Positions 1 through 10,600 of a stretch of 62,277 nt of DNA are shown one piece after another. The position numbers and the translations under genes were made by a program. Position 1 is the stretch's first letter, and each line of letters begins with the position of its first letter. The notes under the pieces were generated by a model. It was not told the origin of the DNA and did not search any database. It was given only the letters and a program-made list of their open reading frames with translations. The stretch is from Mollicutes bacterium (GTDB taxonomy: Bacteria; Bacillota_I; Bacilli_A; RF39; UBA660): the NCBI GenBank assembly GCA_012799635.1, contig JAAZKW010000028.1:1-62277 (forward strand). Reading direction: 5' to 3'.

Positions 1-760
1 GTAAGGGATTTTTTATCTCTTGGGCTGCTTCGAATAAGAAGTTTGCTTTATCATCATAGGTTTGTTCCATTATCGTTTTATTCTTATATAATTCATTTAA
101 TACTTTTATGTCGGGGTTTTCAATTGTGAAATACATTAGAAAAATAATGAATGCTATAGATGGATTAATCAAATAATTAAGTTGTGGAAAAATTATTTGA
201 ATTAATAAATTAATTATACTTAAAAAAACCAACGTAAAAATTGGATAATATTTTTTATTAATATTTTTAATATTCATTATTAATAATATAATCATAAATA
301 AAAATTCGATTCCTATAGCAAAAAATGTGAATTGCAAAGAAAGCCCAGACACAATCGCTTGCCCATCGATAAAATCATTATGAATGGGTAATAAAAAGAT
401 TAGAAGACAGCAAATTGAGCCCAACATTACAAATAATTTTAAAGGATTTTTAATATTTCTTTTAATTTTTGATACATGGAATGTATAATAAGTTAATGTT
501 AATCCCCACAATAATAAACCGCTTAAATAAATTTTATTAAGAAAATTTATAATTAAAATTGGTATTTTGGATATTTGTATTATACAAATGCCTAATATCA
601 AACCGCTTATGCTTGTTAATATAGTTATAATTAGTATTAATAAGTAAGTATTATCTTCAGTTTGACAAATTCTTCTTTTAGTAATAAATACTATGTAAAA
701 CAATATTAAAACTAATAAAGCAAATATTGTGAGTGAAATAAAACCGATGGAATTACTCAT
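1..760 (-). CDS. Multi-TM sensor histidine-kinase-like protein, 5' part (runs off the window); H-box His replaced by Gln
   Basis: Not in the ORF track. Hand translation from ATG at 760 is open to base 1: several hydrophobic helices, then YFTIENPD...KANFLFEAAQEIKNPL, which aligns with the HisKA H-box (FLxxMSHEIRTPL). Confidence 0.75.
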   Translation of the reverse strand, partial: MSNSIGFISLTIFALLVLILFYIVFITKRRICQTEDNTYLLILIITILTSISGLILGICIIQISKIPILIINFLNKIYLSGLLLWGLTLTYYTFHVSKIKRNIKNPLKLFVMLGSICCLLIFLLPIHNDFIDGQAIVSGLSLQFTFFAIGIEFLFMIILLIMNIKNINKKYYPIFTLVFLSIINLLIQIIFPQLNYLINPSIAFIIFLMYFTIENPDIKVLNELYKNKTIMEQTYDDKANFLFEAAQEIKNPL

Positions 761-864
761 AACCTCTCTCCTATTACTGTTTATTATATGATAACATTAT
801 AATAATAATATGTGAAGAATAAATACCATAATTATAAAGATAATAATGTTTCGTATTTACCAAA

Positions 865-2865
865 TTAAACAACTCGCTTTAGTACTTTTGTTTTTTGCAT
901 TTCTTCTGGCACTACTATTTGAACTGCTCCAATCGATATATTCGTCTCTGAAACTTTAACTAAAACATCATTATTAGAAATGCCCTGTTTAATTAAATTA
1001 AGATAATCGACCTTGCTATTCTTAGTAAATGGTAATTCTTTTTTATATTCTATTCTTGATGGAATTTGCCTTGAAGACATATCAGGATTTTGAATTATTT
1101 GTTCATTAATTATTCTTTTTGTCACTTCATAATAATCAATATCATAATTTTCATCCTCCAGTACAATATGTGCTTTTGGCATGTTTCCTCTTCTTTCAAC
1201 ATCATAATATGGAACAATTACACAATATTTAACTAAAGGATGTTCTTCAATAGCTTTTTCTATTTCATAAGTAATGACATTAAAGCCATCAAATCGAGAA
1301 AAAGCTCTTCCTTTCCTTTCATTAAAATAAAATACTCCATTTCTATCCATTTCAGCTAAATCTCTAGACCTAATATAACTTCTACCATCCATTTGATAAT
1401 GAGGAATAATTATTTTGCCATCAAGCACACCTTCAGTAACAGCATCTGATGAAACAACCAATTCTCCCGCCAACCTATCCATTTCTTTTTCAAATTTTAA
1501 AGGTACTAATCTATCTTCTACATTAGGATCTACGATTGAATAAATAGTGTTTGGCAAAGGTATACCAATTGAACCATATATATTATATTCTCTTTGAGCA
1601 TACGAACCACATCCACAAAATTCACTCATGCCATGCCCTTTTTCTATTCTTTTATTACAATTATGCTCTTTTAACCAAGCATTCATTTTTGCTTCATCAG
1701 CGCTAGTCATAGAATCACCACCATATATAATTCTATTTATAAAAGATAAATCCATATTATCTAAATATTTACACTTTGTTAATGCTAATAACCAACTTGG
1801 TGTTGAAAGGATAACATTGGGATGATATTTTTTTATTAAATAACCAAATTCATTAATTTTAAATTCAGGGACTTCAATATTTATAGCATTACTCGCTATA
1901 TTTAATGCATAGTTATTAAAAGCTCCAAAAGGTGCAAAAAATGGTAAAATATGTAATACTCTATCACCTTTTTTAAAATTAGCTTTTGCTTTAAATAACT
2001 GTTCGATTGATGATATTTGATTTCTACTAGTTAAAGGAATTGGCTTTGGTCTCGAACCAGTTGTCCCTGAAGTATGACCAATATAATTTATTAAATCACC
2101 AATGATTATTTCATTATATCTAAAACTTGTTGTATTATTTAAAACTTGTTGATATGTAACTATTTCTAATGGAGATTTTTTAATAGCATCTTCATATAAA
2201 CGAGTTAATTTATTTGCTTCTCTTATTTTATTTAATATTACTTGATAAAATCTTAATTTTTCAATATTCTCGTCTTTACGATTATTCTCTATCTTATTAT
2301 AAGCAAGTGCCTCTTTTAAATAGTCTATTTTTTGAAGGAGGTTCATTTCCTTACTTGCTGATACTGTTACTATTCTATCAATCCCAAGTTCTTTTAATTC
2401 ATTTTCTATTGGCTGTAACATACCTAAATAACATTGCTCCAATGCAACTATATGTTTGACTTTTTCACTCTCAAGTAATTGTAACATCTTTTTAGCATTT
2501 ACTTCAGGAATCATACTATCTGGTCTTGGATCCGAAAAATTACTGACAGCACCTATTTGAGCAGCTCCAAGCCACATTTCCCCTGCTTGAGGAATGTTTG
2601 GTACAAGAAACTTTATTCTTTCTTCAGGATTTAATCCCAAACCTGTAAAAGCATTTGAAGCTAAATCAACATCATGCCAAAATTGTCTATAATTTTTGGA
2701 GTGTCCATAATATTCACTTGCAATTAAATTATCGTTTCCTTTTGTTTTATTTTTTAAATATCGAGTAATATTAATGTTCTTATCTGGAACATTAATTATA
2801 CTCTGGTCATAATATTGTTGCCAAGGTTGGTCAATATGTGGATAACCAGTCTTATTTCTTGCCAT
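865..2865 (-). CDS. Class I adenylate-forming enzyme (acyl-CoA ligase / AMP-binding family)
   Basis: P-loop HTSGTTGSRPKP, GHGMSE, RSRDLAE (TGD equivalent) and C-terminal NSKVD catalytic Lys; GGAG RBS upstream. Confidence 0.85.
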   Translation of the reverse strand: MARNKTGYPHIDQPWQQYYDQSIINVPDKNINITRYLKNKTKGNDNLIASEYYGHSKNYRQFWHDVDLASNAFTGLGLNPEERIKFLVPNIPQAGEMWLGAAQIGAVSNFSDPRPDSMIPEVNAKKMLQLLESEKVKHIVALEQCYLGMLQPIENELKELGIDRIVTVSASKEMNLLQKIDYLKEALAYNKIENNRKDENIEKLRFYQVILNKIREANKLTRLYEDAIKKSPLEIVTYQQVLNNTTSFRYNEIIIGDLINYIGHTSGTTGSRPKPIPLTSRNQISSIEQLFKAKANFKKGDRVLHILPFFAPFGAFNNYALNIASNAINIEVPEFKINEFGYLIKKYHPNVILSTPSWLLALTKCKYLDNMDLSFINRIIYGGDSMTSADEAKMNAWLKEHNCNKRIEKGHGMSEFCGCGSYAQREYNIYGSIGIPLPNTIYSIVDPNVEDRLVPLKFEKEMDRLAGELVVSSDAVTEGVLDGKIIIPHYQMDGRSYIRSRDLAEMDRNGVFYFNERKGRAFSRFDGFNVITYEIEKAIEEHPLVKYCVIVPYYDVERRGNMPKAHIVLEDENYDIDYYEVTKRIINEQIIQNPDMSSRQIPSRIEYKKELPFTKNSKVDYLNLIKQGISNNDVLVKVSETNISIGAVQIVVPEEMQKTKVLKRVV

Positions 2866-2905
2866 TTTATTACTCCTTTTATAATTATTTTGTAACTAAT
2901 AAAGA

Positions 2906-4654
2906 TTATATTCTTTCTCTTGTATAATGATTTGATAAGTCTTCAACAGTAATTCCTCTTATCTTTGCTTCTTTTTTATCAGATTCATATTGAGCATAAA
3001 ATTTAATTAATTCAATTACACGATATTCCATAACCCTCACCGAAGCCATTGCTATTATTTCCAGCATTTCTTCTTCGGTTGTATAAATAGGAATTTTTAT
3101 CTCTTCAGGTTTTATTTTTCTTAATCTTTCTATTTCCCTTTGATGTTGTCTTTTTCTTAATATTTCATATTTTTCTTTTTCCATATCTCCCATAGAATTC
3201 ATCGCTATCATATTTTCAATATCTTCTGGAGTTGTAGGTAAAGAGCCATCTACCAATCCACTTGACATTCCCCCAATTTTTCTTATCTTCTCTTCAAGCA
3301 CTAATTTTTTTGAATATAATACAAAAACATCTTCCATAAATTTTATAATTTCTTTTTCTAATGAAAGCATTTCTTCTTCTTTAAAAATAATACTTTCTTT
3401 TACTTGCTGGATATACTTTTCTATTTTATCTAAATCATCAAATGGAATATTAGTTATACTAAGAATATCATAAATTGATGAATTAAGATACCAGTTAATT
3501 ATCGTAGTATATAATTTTGATAATATATACTCTAATTCAACATTTAAATCTAATATTTCCTCACGTTTAAATATACACCACTTATTTAATGATGCTCTTT
3601 TTTTATAAACACTTTTTAATTGTTCTAAATCATTGTTACTAATTTTATCACTATGCTTTTCAAAAAAATCAATATGACTAGTTATATCTTCAATATCAAA
3701 TAAGTATTTGTTCTTTGACTGATTTTCCCTAATTTCACTATAAGATAATCGCTCTTTACTTTTTCCAGCTAATTTTGAAAGCTTTGATAAAGTAAATTCA
3801 CTCTCAAACTCATCTTTAGCTTTTTGAAATTCTTCAACAAATTCATCAATAATTATTATTTTTATCTCATAAGGGTTTATAACTTCATTCTTATCTTCAT
3901 CATAATAAGGACTACTTTTAATCTTATTTATTAAAATTTTAGGTAATGAACCTTTTATTATTAAAGGATATTTAGGCTCACATAATGAAGCATACTGTTG
4001 TAATAACGTTAGCATTTGATCTAATTTTTCAGGATTATTAGAAGCCACCCCCAACATTTTATCTTCATTTGAAGGTAAATACTCTAAAGATGCTTCTAAT
4101 ATCATAGCTAAATCATCTTTATCTTTAATTTGAGATAATAAATAATCCCTTAACTCACAAGATTTACTAAATTCTATCCTTAATTTCTGTCTAGTTATAT
4201 CTTCTAATTGTTTTCTAATTAATGCTAATATCCCATAATTAATATCAGTATACCTATTTATTTTACTTTCTATCTCTTTACTTTCAGACTCAGCTTCCTT
4301 TAATTTTAATCTAAATAACTCATCATCTGCTTGTTTTTCTTCTAATAAAAGTTTTTGAATCTTACAATTTAATTCATTAAGTTTTAAATCTCTATGTTCT
4401 TCAAGTTCTAAATCAGACATTGTCTGAATCCTCATATATTCCATAAGATTAACATATTTTTTTAACATTCTTCGAGCATATTTTGCCTCACGTAATTTAT
4501 ATTTTTCATATAAATAAAAACTATAATTTTCTTCATTTAATTTATCTTGATAATATTTAATAGTTTTACTAGCTTGCTTAATTTCACTTTCTTGTGCATC
4601 AATCAAGCTTTCTATATAATTTGGTTTAGTTTGTTCATCAACGATTACATTCAT
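2906..4654 (-). CDS. Hypothetical coiled-coil protein with a C-terminal internal repeat
   Basis: 582-aa ORF with RBS AGGAAGGA; E/K/L-rich helical composition; no family recognised. Confidence 0.7.
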   Translation of the reverse strand: MNVIVDEQTKPNYIESLIDAQESEIKQASKTIKYYQDKLNEENYSFYLYEKYKLREAKYARRMLKKYVNLMEYMRIQTMSDLELEEHRDLKLNELNCKIQKLLLEEKQADDELFRLKLKEAESESKEIESKINRYTDINYGILALIRKQLEDITRQKLRIEFSKSCELRDYLLSQIKDKDDLAMILEASLEYLPSNEDKMLGVASNNPEKLDQMLTLLQQYASLCEPKYPLIIKGSLPKILINKIKSSPYYDEDKNEVINPYEIKIIIIDEFVEEFQKAKDEFESEFTLSKLSKLAGKSKERLSYSEIRENQSKNKYLFDIEDITSHIDFFEKHSDKISNNDLEQLKSVYKKRASLNKWCIFKREEILDLNVELEYILSKLYTTIINWYLNSSIYDILSITNIPFDDLDKIEKYIQQVKESIIFKEEEMLSLEKEIIKFMEDVFVLYSKKLVLEEKIRKIGGMSSGLVDGSLPTTPEDIENMIAMNSMGDMEKEKYEILRKRQHQREIERLRKIKPEEIKIPIYTTEEEMLEIIAMASVRVMEYRVIELIKFYAQYESDKKEAKIRGITVEDLSNHYTRERI

Positions 4655-4740
4655 ATTGTTTTCCTTCCTTTATATAACAATTGTGTCAATTATTATATAT
4701 GTTTTTTCTTATTATGTCTAGAAGATAACAAGCTTTCATA

Positions 4741-4766
4741 AAAAAAAGAGTGACTTTATCACTCTT
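4741..4766 (-). terminator. Intrinsic terminator closing the T7SS cluster
   Basis: AAGAGTGA-cttta-TCACTCTT hairpin, followed by a T-run on the minus strand. Confidence 0.7.
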
Positions 4767-5838
4767 ACTTTGTTCCTATTTGATTAATCAATATATTTAA
4801 TTTATTCTTAAAGCTTTTCTCCTCTTCATCTTTAAATCCATAGGCAATCACTTCTTCAACATCTTCATTATCAAACAAACATGTCTTATCTGCTGCCATA
4901 TATCCTTCTGGATAAAAGCATCCTGAATAATCATATACTTTTCCACTTTCTTCTTTAGATATTGAACAAAAACCCATTACCATAACTTTCTTATCAATAT
5001 TTTTTAATTTTACAATTGAACCAATTGGTAAAAAGTTATCTTTAATATCTTCAATTGTATCAAGCATATCTTTCGTAGCAGATCCAATTCCCATTCCCGC
5101 GATAGCTGCTCCAGCAGTTCCTATTGTAAGATTTTCAACGCCTTTAGAACCTGATGCAATTAAATCATTAATAGAAGTTAATCCTGAGTTAGATGCTCCA
5201 ACAGACATTCCTGGAATAGTAGAAGATACCACATTAGCCTTTGGCGTAATAACATCACCGCCTCCTACAATACTACTAACTGATTCATCAGTATTAACAA
5301 GTTGAGGTGGAGCAGTTTCAAATGAATACTGTGGTGTTACTGGTGGTAGTGGTTCTGAATATTTACCCACTGGCTGTGGTTTAGCAGCAGGAGCTGCTGC
5401 TGATAATCCTAGACCTGTAAGAATAATTTCTTCTGGCCCAACATTTGTAATTGTAATATCTGGTACAGTAGGTTTTTCTTTATCTGGTTCTTTTAATGGA
5501 CCCTCTATTCGATTTGTTGGTCCTGACACACCAGATGATCTTGATGAGCTAGCATATTTTGCACCTTCAATTTCGGCATTTTTATATTTTAAACCAACGT
5601 TCTGATAATTATTTTCAATTTTATTTATTTCATCATAATAGTCCAAATAATTTGCTTTTATATTATCCATCCATTTCATTGTAGATGTTTCTAACAAACC
5701 ATGTTGCTCAAAATAACCTCTTAATTTAAAATAAAATGTGTGAAATTTAGCTTTAGTTCGAGAAATATCATTATTGGCATCTCTTAAATAACCTTTTAAT
5801 GTGTTTAAATCATCATAATCAACATGAACTAAATTCAT
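4765..5838 (-). CDS. T7SS-associated fusion: WXG100-like helical N-terminus, Pro/Ser/Gly linker, C-terminal DUF4176 domain
   Basis: C-terminal FLPIGSIVKLK...VMVMG...YDYSGCFYPEG...LFDNEDVEEV..GFKDEEE matches the DUF4176 pattern; N-terminus VHVDYDDL...YKNAE resembles WXG100-superfamily proteins. Confidence 0.75.
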   Translation of the reverse strand: MNLVHVDYDDLNTLKGYLRDANNDISRTKAKFHTFYFKLRGYFEQHGLLETSTMKWMDNIKANYLDYYDEINKIENNYQNVGLKYKNAEIEGAKYASSSRSSGVSGPTNRIEGPLKEPDKEKPTVPDITITNVGPEEIILTGLGLSAAAPAAKPQPVGKYSEPLPPVTPQYSFETAPPQLVNTDESVSSIVGGGDVITPKANVVSSTIPGMSVGASNSGLTSINDLIASGSKGVENLTIGTAGAAIAGMGIGSATKDMLDTIEDIKDNFLPIGSIVKLKNIDKKVMVMGFCSISKEESGKVYDYSGCFYPEGYMAADKTCLFDNEDVEEVIAYGFKDEEEKSFKNKLNILINQIGTK

Positions 5839-5871
5839 TATTTCCTCCTTTCTAGTCTTGTCAAAACTTTA

Positions 5872-6540
5872 TTACTTTCCTTTAAAACTTTCAATACTTA
5901 ATATTAAATTTTCAAGATTTTTAATATGTAAAGTCATAGCCTTTATTCTATTAATGTTTTTATAAATTGAGGCTAATTCTTTTTTATCATGAATAGATTC
6001 TCCACCATTATTACACTTTAAATTATATCTGTAAAAACAATGTCCTTTAATTTTACAAAGATGTTCTCTTGTAAATGAATAAGTTTTATAATATTTTGTT
6101 TCCTCCCCTTCTTTAATACTACTTTTATTTTTATTATTTGCAACTATATTATAGTTTCTCAAAGATAAAACTACTTTCATTACTCGATTATCATATTCAT
6201 TATAAACTTTTTTAACTAATTCATTCGCCTCTTTTTCCATATGTGATACACAATCTCTTTTTATCATGGATGGCAATTGTTCCGTTATATTAGTAAAATC
6301 ACTATCAATTCTATTATTCAAAGAAATAATCCTTTCTCGCAAAGTTGCGGAACTATCATTTCCACTATAAGCATCTGAAGCAATTGAGATTGCCCTTGTC
6401 AAACTCTTTTTTATTTGAGCGGTATAACTTAAATATTCCTTTGCTTGATTCATAAATTCAGTTATTTCACTTTCTTTCATAAAACAAGTTGGAGGATTAC
6501 TTGCTGCAGCAGTATAATCCACACTAAGACACTTGGCCAT
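5872..6540 (-). CDS. Hypothetical protein in the T7SS cluster (possible substrate)
   Basis: Strong RBS (AAGGAGGA), lies between WXG100-like genes, helical N-half with DAYSG turn, Cys/His-containing C-half. Confidence 0.55.
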   Translation of the reverse strand: MAKCLSVDYTAAASNPPTCFMKESEITEFMNQAKEYLSYTAQIKKSLTRAISIASDAYSGNDSSATLRERIISLNNRIDSDFTNITEQLPSMIKRDCVSHMEKEANELVKKVYNEYDNRVMKVVLSLRNYNIVANNKNKSSIKEGEETKYYKTYSFTREHLCKIKGHCFYRYNLKCNNGGESIHDKKELASIYKNINRIKAMTLHIKNLENLILSIESFKGK

Positions 6541-6577
6541 AACACATTCCTCCTTTTTACATTATCTAATGTATTAT

Positions 6578-6630
6578 AAATGAAAGAATAGTTTCTTTCA
6601 TTTACAATACACTACATCTTTGTAGTGTAT
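6578..6630 (-). terminator. Two adjacent hairpins downstream of the WXG100 pair (terminator or mRNA stabiliser)
   Basis: AAATGAAAGAA-tagt-TTCTTTCATTT and ATACACTACA-tctt-TGTAGTGTAT inverted repeats. Confidence 0.5.
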
Positions 6631-6637
6631 ATAATAA

Positions 6638-6907
6638 TTAAACTTCCTCTACGCCAGCATATTCAAAAGCAGCTTTTTCAACTATAGCTGTTTGATGTGC
6701 GAAACTGGCAAGTATTGGTCCAAAATCTTTTGCAAAATCAACCCACTTTCTTTTAAAATCCGTTGCACTTTGCCCCATCCAAACTTTTGGATTGTCTACA
6801 TTTTCTTCTACCAACTTGTTCATTTCATTAAATATTTTAGTTAATTCAACTTGCTGTTCATCCATTTTTGTCCTGGCAGCACTAATAGCTAAATGATCTA
6901 AAGCCAT
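6638..6907 (-). CDS. WXG100 (ESAT-6/EsxA-like) protein
   Basis: 89 aa, central VWMGQSA WxG motif, C-terminal YAGVE (YxxxE) motif, downstream of essC. Confidence 0.85.
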   Translation of the reverse strand: MALDHLAISAARTKMDEQQVELTKIFNEMNKLVEENVDNPKVWMGQSATDFKRKWVDFAKDFGPILASFAHQTAIVEKAAFEYAGVEEV

Positions 6908-6945
6908 TATTTATCCCTCCTTTTAACAACAATATAACCCTCTTA

Positions 6946-7254
6946 TTAGACGTTCATAAATCTATTAATATTTTCTTCAGCTTGCTTATAATTATCTGCT
7001 TGTATATCAGATCTTTTACCAAATTTTTCTGCCATTGCACTCAACTCATCCATTTGTTTAGAAAGCGAGGTATACATAGATAAAAAATTGTTTAATACAC
7101 GCATAGCTTCTTGGTCATTGTCTACCCAATTAGCCTTAACCTTATTCACTTCATCAGATATTAACTTATGTGCCTTTCTTGCATCGTCAATGTTTTTAAG
7201 CATACGACTAGAAAATATACGCATTTCCTCTTTTTGATAATTTGTAACTTGCAT
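6946..7254 (-). CDS. WXG100-like protein (WxD variant)
   Basis: About 100 aa helix-turn-helix with central NWVDND and C-terminal YKQAE (YxxxE). Start moved to ATG 7254 behind GGAGGTG. Confidence 0.75.
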   Translation of the reverse strand: MQVTNYQKEEMRIFSSRMLKNIDDARKAHKLISDEVNKVKANWVDNDQEAMRVLNNFLSMYTSLSKQMDELSAMAEKFGKRSDIQADNYKQAEENINRFMNV

Positions 7255-7384
7255 TATTTCACCTCCCATTATATTTAAGAATATTAATCTAAGTTCTGTT
7301 GAACTATATCCTTATGATTTCATTTTATACTAAAAATAAATAAAAAGCAATGAAATTGAGTGTTTTTATACATGGATTTTACTT

Positions 7385-7639
7385 TTACATTAATATTAGT
7401 CTTGATCCATTCATAATTCGATTTTCTTTTATAGTATTATTTGGATCATATGGAAGTCCTGTATAACCATCTACTAAAACAAGTTCATTGTTAATAGGAA
7501 AACAACCTGTAGATAAATCATTAATAGCTTTATTTAATAAAAATATTATTTCAATTGTTTTTTTATTTACTGGTAAGAAAACATTAAATTTTTCCTCTAA
7601 AGATGGAACTATAATATCAACATTTATTTTATTTTTCAT
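7385..7639 (-). CDS. esaB: EsaB/YukD-like ubiquitin-fold T7SS protein
   Basis: 84 aa ending TIKENRIMNGSRLILM (YukD-type IxNGxxLxL); overlaps the essC stop codon. Confidence 0.75.
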   Translation of the reverse strand: MKNKINVDIIVPSLEEKFNVFLPVNKKTIEIIFLLNKAINDLSTGCFPINNELVLVDGYTGLPYDPNNTIKENRIMNGSRLILM

Positions 7640-10600
7640 AATAACTCTTCCTCTTCTCCATATTTTTCTATATATTTAAATAAGATATTCTTATTTGATA
7701 ATACATAATAAGCAAAATTATATGGTAAATTATTTTCAATATTTCTTGTAGAATATATTCTAAATAAAGATTGATCTGCAAGTCCATCACCAATCCAAAT
7801 ACCTTTTGATGGATTTATAATATCTTTATACCAACTATCATATTCAAACTTTTTAAGATTATCAGCAGAATCTACTATTACATAACTAATCTTACCTAAT
7901 TTTTTAGAATCAATCATCGGCGAAGATACTAATGATTCAAAATTATCATTAAGTATTGTCTTTATTTTATTAATACCTACTATTACAAATACCATATCAG
8001 CATATTTATCAAGCACTGAAGCATCATAACCATTATTTACATATTCTTCATTTAATTTAGCAACATTCTCCTTAAATGACTCAAAAACAGGTTCAAAAGA
8101 AGAGTTAAAATAATTAGTATGTTTTATATTATCAACTATCTTTTCAGCATCAATAACAAATACTTGAGTATTTTTTATTGTTGTAAATTGATAAACTAAG
8201 GAACTAATAAATCTTTTAGCATCTTTAATTTTTTGACATGAAACCATTAAAGAAAGATCATTTTTAAGATCATAAGTTAAAATATTAAGATCATCTTTAG
8301 CAACCCCTATTGGAATACTTGAAAGTCCATCTAAAGCACTTGCTACAAATGTTGTTGATACTACATCTGGAAGTGTTGGAATACTTAAAGCTCTTTTGGT
8401 ATATGTTTGATTTAAATTACTAATTGCTGTTTTTACTACTTCGGCAATATTATCATCTTCAGCAATACTTCCAGTTTGAAATTCAAATATACCTTCTCTT
8501 TTAACCATTCCTCTTCCTAAAACTTTACTTGGTAAAACATCAGTTTTACCTAAAATAGCACGATAATCATATTCATCATTCATTTGTAATAATATTTTTT
8601 CATTAAAGTTTTGTGTTATCTTAATACGCATATTATTTATTGCACTTACACTTACTACAAAGATAATACCATATTTTTGTCCTTCTCTTGTTAAAAGACT
8701 AAACTCATCCATATCATCATCATAAAGTTCATTAAATGATTCAAAACCATTTACAATAATTATATCAGTTGGAACAGTACTTCCACTGTTAGCACAATAA
8801 TAATCATAACTTCCATTATAATCAGCAAATAATTTCTTACGATCTTCAATCTTATATTGTAAGAACAAAAATAATGATTTTATTTTATCTATCTCACTTG
8901 AAGCAACAATACCTCCTACCTGAGGAGCCTTACTATACATTTTCATAAGTCCTGAACCAAAATCTAAAATATATAAGTTTAATTCTTCTGGAGTATATGT
9001 TGTAATAAGAGAATATACTAAAGAAGAAAGCGTTACTTCTTTACCAGAACCAACAGAACCATAAATAATAGTATTACCCATTTTAGATAATGGCATTGTT
9101 AAAATATTTTGTCTTTGTTCTTTTGGAACATCATACTCTCCAATTACAGGATTTATTTCAAATGGTTTCTTATTATACTTATATTTTATCTTCAATTTAT
9201 CAATATATATTATTGCAGGAATTGGATCAAGCCATAACTTTTCAATATTAATATTTTCTTGTCTTCCAACAGATTTAATATATTCTAAAATATTAGTTAT
9301 TTCTTCACCCTTATGAACTCCACGATCATCATGAGACTCATTATCTATTTGTTTAACAATTGATCCTACATTATCAACAAAATTAATGGAAGTATCCACT
9401 ATTTTCTTTAACTTCTCCGATTCATAATATGCTGCCCCACACCAAGCAGACTGTCCTTTAGCAAAAAAATCATTAAATCCTACTTGCAAGTAAAACCTAC
9501 CTGTCTCTTTAATATAAGCAGCATCTGGAGATTTAATCATATCATGACTATCTGATTTATCTTGAACTTTTAAACATACTCTAAACTTAGAGTTAGACCA
9601 TATTTGGTCATCTACTACGCCACTTGGCTTTTGAGTAGCTAAAATTAAATGCACTCCTAAAGATCTACCTATACGAGCTGTAGAAATAAGTTCATCCATA
9701 AAATCAGGTTGATCTGCTTTTAATTCTGCAAATTCATCTGAGATAATCATTAAATGAGATATCGGTTCTTTTACTCTTCCTTCTCTATAAAGTTTTTGAT
9801 ATTTATATATATCTATTGTACTTTCATTACAATCATCTCTTGCTTTATTAAACATTCTTTGTCTTCGTTTAAGTTCACTTTGAAGCGAAGATAAACTCCT
9901 ATTAATTTCATTTGTATCTAAGTTAGTAATAGTACCTGCAAGATGAGGAAGTTTTTCTCCGGTATCTTTATTTTCAAAAGCTCCAGCAAGTCCTCCACCT
10001 TTATAGTCTATTAAAACAAATTGTACTTCCTTAGGATCATAATTTACTGCCATTGATAATATATAAGTAATAATAAACTCTGATTTACCAGAACCTGTCA
10101 TACCAGCAATAAGTCCATGAGGACCATGAACTTTTTCATGTAAATCAAGTTTAAATAACTCACCATTTTCATCAATTCCTACGGGACATGATAAAGAAGT
10201 CGTTGGATCATTAGTCTTCCATCTATTATAAGCATTTAATTGTTCTACATTACCTGCATTATACATCTCCATAAAGGTATAAATAGTAGGTAATTCAAAA
10301 AAACCACCCTTTATTTCAATTGCAATATTAGATACCACAAAGATATAAGCATCAATCGTTGTCTGAATATATTCACATTTAAACTCTTGTATCTTATTTA
10401 TCTCTTCTTTAACAAATCTTTCTCCTGTTTCCGATGTTATATTAACAAAAGCCTGACACTGGGTTGGAAGTTTATTAATTCTTTCTGTTAAATAAAGTAA
10501 AGAAAAACCATGATTATCTTTATTTTCTAAAATACTATGAGTAATACTTATTTTACTTGCTATATCAAGACTATCAATAATTATCAAATAATTTTCTTCA

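Noticed and set aside
7636-9070. Degenerate EssC D2/D3 Walker motifs as a sign of inactivation
   Set aside because: Distal ATPase domains of EssC/EccC are often divergent; D1 motifs are intact and the ORF is uninterrupted.
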